A DNA stretch of 64,000 nucleotides from Bacilli bacterium (lineage in GTDB: Bacteria; Bacillota_I; Bacilli_A; RFN20; CAG-826): NCBI GenBank assembly GCA_017477255.1, contig JAFUXB010000001.1:29872-93871 (forward strand). Reading direction: 5' to 3'. Below, piece by piece: positions 10,126 to 17,552 of this stretch (position 1 is its first letter; the number at the start of each line of letters is the position of its first letter). The notes below the pieces were generated by a model. That model ran no database searches. It was not told where the DNA came from and saw only the letters and a list, made by a program, of their open reading frames with translations. The translations under genes were made by a program, and so were the position numbers.

Positions 10126-10500
10126 ATGGCACGTATAGTTGGTGTTGATATTCCAAACGATAAACCAGTTAAAATTAGTTTAACTTATATTTATGGAATT
10201 GGCCGTTCAACTGCATTAGACATCTTAGAAAAATGCAAAATTGATGGCGGTAAAAGAGTCAAAGATTTAACTGAAGAAGAAATGACTCTTATTAGAAACG
10301 AAGTTTCACATTATAAAGTCGAAGGTGATTTAAGACGTGAAACTATGATGAATATTAAAAGATTATCTGAAATCGGATGCTATAGAGGAATTCGTCATAG
10401 AAGAGGACTTCCTGTAAGAGGACAAAGAACAAAAACTAATGCCCGTACAAGAAAAGGTCCACGTAAGACAATCGCTAACAAGAAAGAAGCTACTAAATAG
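10126..10500 (+). CDS. rpsM: 30S ribosomal protein S13
   Basis: [13 protein letters not shown]....[12 protein letters not shown] is canonical uS13. Confidence 0.97.
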   Translation: MARIVGVDIPNDKPVKISLTYIYGIGRSTALDILEKCKIDGGKRVKDLTEEEMTLIRNEVSHYKVEGDLRRETMMNIKRLSEIGCYRGIRHRRGLPVRGQRTKTNARTRKGPRKTIANKKEATK

Positions 10501-10518
10501 GAAGGAGGAACATAAAGT

Positions 10519-10908
10519 ATGGCTAAAAAACAAACAACTAGAAAAAAGAAAATTAAAAGAGCTTATACGAATGGTGTTGCTCACATTCACGCTTCATTCA
10601 ATAATACAATCGTTACAATCACTGATGCACAAGGAAATGCAATTGCATGGTCAAGTGCAGGTGTAATCGGTTATAAAGGTGCTAAAAAATCTACACCATT
10701 TGCTGCTCAACAAGCTGCTGAAGCTGCTGGAAAAGCTGCTATGGAACAAGGTATTAAGACAGTTGACGTTGATGTTAAAGGTCCAGGTGCTGGTAGAGAA
10801 AGCGCAATTAGAGCATTAAGCCAAGTAGGATTAATTGTTACATCAATTGTTGATACTACGCCAATCCCACATAATGGCTGCCGTCCATCAAAACATCCAC
10901 ACGGTTAA
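10519..10908 (+). CDS. rpsK: 30S ribosomal protein S11
   Basis: [28 protein letters not shown]...[13 protein letters not shown] is canonical uS11. Confidence 0.97.
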   Translation: MAKKQTTRKKKIKRAYTNGVAHIHASFNNTIVTITDAQGNAIAWSSAGVIGYKGAKKSTPFAAQQAAEAAGKAAMEQGIKTVDVDVKGPGAGRESAIRALSQVGLIVTSIVDTTPIPHNGCRPSKHPHG

Positions 10909-10929
10909 TATTTAAAGGAGAAGCAAAAT

Positions 10930-11913
10930 ATGAAAAACGAAGAAATTAAAATTGCACGTCCTTTTGCTAGATGTGACTTCAAGTTAGTTTGGAAAGATAA
11001 TGATGATCATTATGCAAAAATTACTGCTGAACCACTTGAAAGAGGATTTGGCTTAACACTTGGTAATGCTTTAAGAAGAGTTTTACTTTCAAGCTTACCA
11101 GGAACTGCTGTTTACGCAATCGAAGTTGAAGGTGCTGTTCATGAATTCACAGCCCTTGAAGGAATTGAAGAAGATTTAACTCAAATTATCTTAAATTTAA
11201 AAGATTTAGTCTTAAAATCAGATTCAATTAGTGATGAAACATATGATGCTTATGTAAGTGTTAAAGGTCCAAAAGTATTAACTGCTGGAGATATAGACTT
11301 ACCTACTGGTGTTGAAGCTGTTAATAAAGATTTAGTCATCGCTCACATTGCTGAAGGTGGCAAATTAAATATGACAATCCATATGAAAAATGGAAGAGGC
11401 TTCGTAACTAGTAACCAAAATAAAGTTTTAAATGATTTACCAGTTGGCTCAATCGCAACTGATAGTAACTTCTCAAGTGTAACAAGAGTTAATTATAAAG
11501 TTGATCAAACTCGTGTTGGTCATGATTCAAATTATGATAAATTAACTTTAGAAGTTTGGACAAATGGTTCAATTGATCCACTTGAAGCAGTTGCATTAAG
11601 TAGCAAAATCTTAATTGAATACTTCAAGAATTTCTTAGAATTAGATGAAGAAATCGAAAATATCGATTTAATCAAAGATCCAGAGAAAGAAAAAGAAGAA
11701 ACAATTGAGAATTTCTCAGTCGAAGATTTAGATCTTTCAATGAGAAGCTATAACTGCTTAAAGAGAGCTGGTATTGCTAACGTTTTAGAATTAACTCAAA
11801 AGAGTGAAACTGAAATGATGAAAGTTAGAAACTTAGGAAAGAAATCACTCAAAGAAATTAAAGATAAACTTGCAGAAAAAGGTTTATCCTTTAAAGAATC
11901 AAAAGGTGAATAG
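10930..11913 (+). CDS. rpoA: DNA-directed RNA polymerase alpha subunit
   Basis: N-terminal domain ERGFGLTLGNALRRVLLSSLPG and C-terminal domain VEDLDLSMRSYNCLKRAGI..V.EL. Sits between rpsK and rplQ. Confidence 0.97.
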   Translation: MKNEEIKIARPFARCDFKLVWKDNDDHYAKITAEPLERGFGLTLGNALRRVLLSSLPGTAVYAIEVEGAVHEFTALEGIEEDLTQIILNLKDLVLKSDSISDETYDAYVSVKGPKVLTAGDIDLPTGVEAVNKDLVIAHIAEGGKLNMTIHMKNGRGFVTSNQNKVLNDLPVGSIATDSNFSSVTRVNYKVDQTRVGHDSNYDKLTLEVWTNGSIDPLEAVALSSKILIEYFKNFLELDEEIENIDLIKDPEKEKEETIENFSVEDLDLSMRSYNCLKRAGIANVLELTQKSETEMMKVRNLGKKSLKEIKDKLAEKGLSFKESKGE

Positions 11914-11928
11914 TAAAGGAGATCGTTT

Positions 11929-12321
11929 ATGCAATACGGAAGAAAAAATGTTCATGGAAAAGGTGGTGTAAGATTTAAAACCCCTTATACAAGTAGCAAA
12001 CAAAAAGCACAAGTAAGAAACTTAGTTACTGAACTTGTTGTTTATGAAAAAGTTACAGTTTGCACTGGAATGGTCAAAGATGTCATTCACCAATTTGATC
12101 GTTTAGTTACTTATGCTAAAAAAGGTGATCTTCATAGCAGAAGACTTGCCGCTAGTGTTTTAAGACAATATGATGTCAACGATGTTAACGCATTAAATAA
12201 ATTATTTGATGATTTAGCAAAAAGATTTGCCTCTAGAAATGGAGGATATTTAAGAGTGTTAAAACTTGAAAATAGAAAAGGTGATAACGCTCCTCGTAGA
12301 TTACTTGTCTTAGCTGACTAA
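11929..12321 (+). CDS. rplQ: 50S ribosomal protein L17
   Basis: Contains ...LVTELVVYEKVTV...AKRFASRNGGYLRVLKL..RKGDNAP, a bL17 pattern. It ends the alpha operon. Confidence 0.95.
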   Translation: MQYGRKNVHGKGGVRFKTPYTSSKQKAQVRNLVTELVVYEKVTVCTGMVKDVIHQFDRLVTYAKKGDLHSRRLAASVLRQYDVNDVNALNKLFDDLAKRFASRNGGYLRVLKLENRKGDNAPRRLLVLAD

Positions 12322-12330
12322 TTAAATTAA

Positions 12331-12360
12331 GGAGGATGCAAAACATCCTCCTTTATTCTT
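12331..12360 (+). terminator. Rho-independent terminator of the alpha operon
   Basis: GGAGGATG-caaaa-CATCCTCC perfect 8-bp stem followed by TTTATTCTT, 10 nt after the rplQ stop. Confidence 0.8.
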
Positions 12361-12365
12361 AAATT

Positions 12366-13010
12366 ATGAAAAAGTACGTAATATTTGATTTAGATGGAAC
12401 TTTAGTTGATACAATTCCAGGATTAATGGTTTCTATTAATAAATTAATGGAAGAATATAATTATCCTTATAGATATAACTATGAAGATGTTAAAACATTA
12501 ATTAATGGAGGAGCTATTGCTTTTTATCTTAAAGCAATTCATCAAAGTGAGTTTAAAGAAGAAAATAAGGCCGAATTTGAAGAGTTTTTAAAATTATATA
12601 AAGAATATCAAGTACTAGCTAAACCTTTTAAAGATGTAGTAAAAGTACTTAAAAAACTTGAAAAATTAGGTATCTCATTAATGATTTATACTAATAAACC
12701 ACATGAAATAACTTTAGCTTTAGTTAATTTATTATTTAGCGATATTAAATTTGATTTTGTTCATGGAAATATTCCAGGAGATGTACCTAAACCAGATATT
12801 ACATTAATGCAAAATTATTTAGATGAACATAATTTATCTAATTTAGAAGGACTTTATGTTGGAGATTCAATTGTAGATATATTGACGGCTCATAATTTAA
12901 AAATGGATATGCTATTTTGTAAATATGGCTATTCTGCAAAAGAATATTTAAATAGAGACGATGTAATCTATATTAATGAATTTAGTGAAGTCTTAAATTA
13001 TATAAAATAA
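12366..13010 (+). CDS. HAD-superfamily hydrolase (phosphoglycolate phosphatase/PpaX-like)
   Basis: Motif I FDLDGTLVDT, a late GDS..D motif (YVGDSIVDI), 214 aa. Confidence 0.8.
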   Translation: MKKYVIFDLDGTLVDTIPGLMVSINKLMEEYNYPYRYNYEDVKTLINGGAIAFYLKAIHQSEFKEENKAEFEEFLKLYKEYQVLAKPFKDVVKVLKKLEKLGISLMIYTNKPHEITLALVNLLFSDIKFDFVHGNIPGDVPKPDITLMQNYLDEHNLSNLEGLYVGDSIVDILTAHNLKMDMLFCKYGYSAKEYLNRDDVIYINEFSEVLNYIK

Positions 13011-13023
13011 GGAGGGAAAAGAT

Positions 13024-13473
13024 ATGATTAAAATTTATACTTCAAGTAGTTGTAGTAGTTGTAGAAAAGTAAAAAAATGGTTTGACGAACAAAAAATCCC
13101 TTATGTTGAACGAAATATTTTTGCTGGAGTCTTAAACCCTCAAGAATTAAAAGATATTTTATCAAAAACCGAAAACGGAACTGATGATATTATTTCAAAA
13201 AGAAGTAATGTAATTAAAAATGGAAATGTTGATATTGATTCAATGACTACTAATGAATTTATTGAATTTGTAAGACAAAATCCAAGTTGTTTAAAAAGAC
13301 CTATTATTATTGATGACCGTAAAATTCAAGTAGGTTATAACTCTGAAGAAATTAGATCATTTATTCCTCGTGCAAGAAGAATTGCTGAACAAAGTTGTAA
13401 ATGTTCTCAAACTTGTGAGAGCTGTCCAGAGATTAAAGAAGACTTTGAAAAATACCTTCAAACTTTGAAATAG
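13024..13473 (+). CDS. spx: Spx/ArsC-family redox regulator with Cys-rich C-terminal tail
   Basis: MIKIYTSSSCSSCRKVKKWFDEQKIPYVERNIF carries the N-terminal CxxC of the Spx family. 149 aa, with an extra tail CKCSQTCESCPE. Confidence 0.85.
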   Translation: MIKIYTSSSCSSCRKVKKWFDEQKIPYVERNIFAGVLNPQELKDILSKTENGTDDIISKRSNVIKNGNVDIDSMTTNEFIEFVRQNPSCLKRPIIIDDRKIQVGYNSEEIRSFIPRARRIAEQSCKCSQTCESCPEIKEDFEKYLQTLK

Positions 13474-13552
13474 CTTAGATTTGCAGGGTTTTTGTTAAAA
13501 AGCCTGCAAAACCCCATTATTTTTAAAAATAGTTGAGTTCTGCAGGCTTTTT
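13473..13552. repeat. Three copies of the dispersed TGCAGG(G/C)TTTTT motif, two of them as an inverted pair
   Basis: TTGCAGGGTTTTT lies at 13481-13493. Its near-complement AAAAAGCCTGCAA lies at 13497-13509. The 28-mer AAAAATAGTTGAGTTCTGCAGGCTTTTT lies at 13525-13552. Confidence 0.9.
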
Positions 13553-13685
13553 GATTAGAAATAAAAGGTTTTTATTAATTAAAAAGTCACTTATTTAAAA
13601 TTATTTAAATAAAAAGTTTGTAAAAAATTTTTTCTGCTTTAAACTTTTTATATAACTTAAATTTAAAAATTTAAGGAGGTAGTTT

Positions 13686-16600
13686 ATGAAAAAGAAAACT
13701 GGCTTACTTATTGCGTGTGCTGGTTTAATGCTCACTGCATTAGGTTTTAGCGCACCAAATAAGTCAAATGAGAAACTAGAACTCAATCGTACAGTTATAG
13801 TTGAACTCAAAGAAAAAGAAGGTCTTAGTAAAGAAGAAGTTCAAAGATTATTTGAGATTCAATTAAGAAATAAAATTGGTTACAACTACAAAATCGAATC
13901 AAGACTTTCAGATTTAGCTAATTTTGAAATCGTTAAAATTCCTGGTGATTTTAAAGAATATGTTGATGAAATTAGTTTAGTTGAAAATTCATATGATGAG
14001 CATTTCTATGAAAAATGTGAAACAGTTTTAGCTGATGGAGAAGGTTATGATCCATTAACTCCTAGAGCTGATATGCCAAACGCATTCAACCCAAAACAAA
14101 CTGAAGTTGCGCCAGATAAAAACTATTCAAGAGAAGATATGGTTATTCCAGTAAGTGGAAATGAAGGAAAAGGAACACTTATTGCTGTCTTAGATAATTC
14201 ATTCCAAGTTGGTCATGAAGCTTTTGTGGATATGGATGTTGAAAATGTTAAATTTACTCAAGCTCAAATGAATACTTTAACTTCACAAGTTGGTTTTATT
14301 GGGAAAGGTAATACTTATATTAACAATAAGATTCCTTATGTTTATGACTATGCAAATAATGACGATAACGTCTTAAATACTTCAGAAAATCATGGTATGC
14401 ACGTTTCAACTATTGCATGTGCTAATGGAACTTATCAAGGAATTTCACCAAAAGCTCAACTTGCTTTTATGAAAGTTTTCCCAGATAGTGGAAGTGGAGC
14501 AAGTGATTCAACTGTTTTAAAAGCTTTAAATGACTGCGTTAAATTAAAAGTCGATGTTATTAATATGTCACTTGGTTCGCCACTTGATTCAGGTTGGGGT
14601 GATAGAAACACAGAAGATGGCAAAGTTGAAGATACATTTACAGCTGCTTTTAGAGCAATTCAATATTTAAATGAAAGTGGCGTTCAACTTGCAATTTCTG
14701 CAGGTAATGAAGGTAAAGCTTCATTTATTAAAGATAAAGAACAAACTAACGATTTTGGAAATTATTACGATAATGCCTTAGATAATCCAGATAATGGTAT
14801 CTTAGGAAGTTATGCTTTAAGTGCTTATGGAACAATCGTTGCTAGTGGAAGACTTACTGGCGATACTTCAATTCCAGATTCATCAGCTTATACTAGAGTT
14901 GTAAGTTCATTCTCAAGTGAAGGTTATACTTATGACTTATTATTAAATCCAGATATTATTACTCCAGGAACTAACATTTGGGGTGGAAATACTGTAAATA
15001 AACCAGAAGAAGATCAACCATATGTTTATATGAATGGTACTTCAATGGCAGCTCCTAACTATGCTGGTGCTGTTGCTAACTTATTAAGTAATGGCGAATA
15101 CACTACAGAAGAAGAAAGAGCCGCTTATCAAAAAACTTTAACTCAAAGATTACAATCAACTGCAAAAATTTTAACTCAAGCAAATGGTGCATTCTATACA
15201 CCTAAAAAACAAGGAGCAGGTCAGCCAAATGTAACTGCAGCTATTAATAGTGATGTTTACTTTAAAGGTGAACGTGATAAAGCTAAAGTTGAATTAAAAA
15301 ATAACGATGACATCAAACAAGGTAATATTAAATTTAGTATTGCTGCAGTTAATGAAGGTAGTGCTGAAAAGAAATTTAATGCTAAATTATATGTTCAATC
15401 TCCAGCTTTACTTTATGATGATGATAATAACCCAAGAGCTTATTCATTAAATGATAAATTACTTGAAACTTACGAATTTGACGTAACTTTACCAGTTGGA
15501 ACAAGTGATGTTTCAGTAAATTACACAATTAGTAATGAAGCCAAAGAATATTTAAGCGCATTTAAAACTGGTTGCTTCTTAGAAGGCTACTTAGTTTTAT
15601 CTCCAGAAGATGAAAATGATTATCAAGTAAGTGTTCCATATATGGGATATTATGGTGATTATGGACAATCCCCAGCTGTTGAAGAATTTGATTTTGCAGC
15701 TGATGAAGGATATGTTGGTGCATCAAGCTTTATTAATAGTGCATATAGTGCAAAAATGAAGAAAGTTAATGTTGATTTTACTTCAACAATTGTCACTTCA
15801 GGTGCTCCTATCTCATCAAGTAATATCGATAAGAGCGTTAGTGGTGATACTAACTTAAAAGCTGTTGGTAATGAAGTTGTATTAAATGATGATGGAAATC
15901 CTGTATTTGGTATTGATGGCTTAAGCAATAATGTTTATGCTCAAATGATCATTTTAAGAACTTGTAAAGGTAGTAAATATCAATTAATTGACAGTGATAA
16001 TAAAGTTGTTTATGAAAACTTTATTGAATCAAAATGTGAAAATAAACAATATCAAAGCACAGGCGGCGGACTTTATAAATCATTAATTTTAACTGAAGAA
16101 GGTTCAGGAAACTTATATTGTAGTAAAGCCTTTGCCTCATTACAAATTAGAAATAGTGAAGGACTAATTTATCCTGTTGGAAATTACACATTAAGATTTA
16201 GTTTCGATACAATCTATGGATCACATATTGAAAAAGATTATCCAGTCGAAATTAGAGATGGCGTTGCATCATCACCAGTATTTGGTAAAAAATCATATAC
16301 TGATGCTGAAAAAACTGCATTTAGAATTGAACTTGAAAATAATATTGAAAAAGCAATTGTTAATGACAGTGAAGTAGCTATTTCAGAAGATGCTAATGGT
16401 AAATATTTATCAATTGATAAATCAATTTATGGTAAGAAAACTAAAGTATTAGTCGAATTAATCAATGATTTAGGACTTAGCACAAAACAATTATTCAATA
16501 TTGATGAAATTGAAAAAGGTTGGTCAGTTGAACATGCTGATTTAAAAGCTACTTATAGTGTTAAATTTACAGAAAGTAGAAGTGAAGTTATTAATAAACA

Positions 16601-16997
16601 CTTTACTTATGATTTCAAAGCAGAAGTTTTAGATGCTAGAAAGAACCCTGTATCTTTAGGTAAATTTGTTGTAAATACAATTTTACCAGCAGATAGTGAT
16701 TTAACTGAATATGAAATCTTTGAAAAACAATTTAATGGACAACTTGTTAAATTAACAGAAAGTTCATATAAATTAGATGGAAATGCATTAAGTGTTACAA
16801 CTCAAACTGGTATTATTCAATTAACAATTAAACAAGATAAATCAAAAGTTGAACCAGAACCAACACCAGTTGAACCTGATGCACCAGCTAAAAAAGGATG
16901 CGGAGGAGAAGTTGCTGTTACTTCAATTAGTTTAGTAAGTTTAGCAGCTATTGCTCTTGCTACTGTCTTATTAAAAAAGAAAAAGAATGAAAATTAG
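13686..16997 (+). CDS. Cell-surface subtilisin-like (S8) serine protease, lactocepin/C5a-peptidase-like, C-terminal TM anchor
   Basis: Catalytic triad contexts VLDNSF (D), ENHGMHVSTIA (H), NGTSMAAPNYAG (S). N-terminal signal/anchor is present. The C-terminus is GCGGEVAVTSISLVSLAAIALATVLLKKKKNEN, a hydrophobic helix plus basic tail with no LPXTG. Confidence 0.88.
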   Translation: MKKKTGLLIACAGLMLTALGFSAPNKSNEKLELNRTVIVELKEKEGLSKEEVQRLFEIQLRNKIGYNYKIESRLSDLANFEIVKIPGDFKEYVDEISLVENSYDEHFYEKCETVLADGEGYDPLTPRADMPNAFNPKQTEVAPDKNYSREDMVIPVSGNEGKGTLIAVLDNSFQVGHEAFVDMDVENVKFTQAQMNTLTSQVGFIGKGNTYINNKIPYVYDYANNDDNVLNTSENHGMHVSTIACANGTYQGISPKAQLAFMKVFPDSGSGASDSTVLKALNDCVKLKVDVINMSLGSPLDSGWGDRNTEDGKVEDTFTAAFRAIQYLNESGVQLAISAGNEGKASFIKDKEQTNDFGNYYDNALDNPDNGILGSYALSAYGTIVASGRLTGDTSIPDSSAYTRVVSSFSSEGYTYDLLLNPDIITPGTNIWGGNTVNKPEEDQPYVYMNGTSMAAPNYAGAVANLLSNGEYTTEEERAAYQKTLTQRLQSTAKILTQANGAFYTPKKQGAGQPNVTAAINSDVYFKGERDKAKVELKNNDDIKQGNIKFSIAAVNEGSAEKKFNAKLYVQSPALLYDDDNNPRAYSLNDKLLETYEFDVTLPVGTSDVSVNYTISNEAKEYLSAFKTGCFLEGYLVLSPEDENDYQVSVPYMGYYGDYGQSPAVEEFDFAADEGYVGASSFINSAYSAKMKKVNVDFTSTIVTSGAPISSSNIDKSVSGDTNLKAVGNEVVLNDDGNPVFGIDGLSNNVYAQMIILRTCKGSKYQLIDSDNKVVYENFIESKCENKQYQSTGGGLYKSLILTEEGSGNLYCSKAFASLQIRNSEGLIYPVGNYTLRFSFDTIYGSHIEKDYPVEIRDGVASSPVFGKKSYTDAEKTAFRIELENNIEKAIVNDSEVAISEDANGKYLSIDKSIYGKKTKVLVELINDLGLSTKQLFNIDEIEKGWSVEHADLKATYSVKFTESRSEVINKHFTYDFKAEVLDARKNPVSLGKFVVNTILPADSDLTEYEIFEKQFNGQLVKLTESSYKLDGNALSVTTQTGIIQLTIKQDKSKVEPEPTPVEPDAPAKKGCGGEVAVTSISLVSLAAIALATVLLKKKKNEN

Positions 16998-17403
16998 AGA
17001 ATTATTTGAAGAAAGTAGTTTATTTAGGAAGGTCTGCCTTTGTGTAGGCCTTCTTTTAGCTGCTGTTCCTTTATTCCTTTTATATTATTTTTTAGTAAAT
17101 AAAACTGTTGCGGGTTTAGCTGATATAGGATTTGGAATATTTGCAGTTTATTTTGGAGTAGGAACATTTATTATTCTTTCTAATTTTGGTGCATTTGATT
17201 TAATTGGCTATGCATCAGCAAATTTAGTAAGAAATATAGGAAAAAAGGATCCTGTAAGAAAATATAATGATGTAATTGAATATAGAGATTCTAAAGCTGA
17301 AAGAAGAAGAAAAAACAAATTTTTGTTTATTCCTTGGTATATTGCATCTTTAATATATTTAATTATAGCAATTATTTGCACAGTAATTTTTAATAATCTT
17401 TGA
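16987..17403 (+). CDS. Small integral membrane protein (DUF3899-like)
   Basis: 138 aa, 3-4 predicted TM helices, central GAFDLIGYASANLVRN...KYNDVIEYR segment. Overlaps the protease stop by 11 nt. The family call is from memory only. Confidence 0.5.
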   Translation: MKIRELFEESSLFRKVCLCVGLLLAAVPLFLLYYFLVNKTVAGLADIGFGIFAVYFGVGTFIILSNFGAFDLIGYASANLVRNIGKKDPVRKYNDVIEYRDSKAERRRKNKFLFIPWYIASLIYLIIAIICTVIFNNL

Positions 17404-17552
17404 TTATATCGTAATAATTTAAATATTATTAAAATATTATTAAGAAAAAAAATAATTTTAAAACTCATATATTATAGAAAATATAATTTTGATAATAACT
17501 TAACTGCAATTATTGCAGTGTAAGTAATTTTTTTATTTTTAGGAGGTAATTT

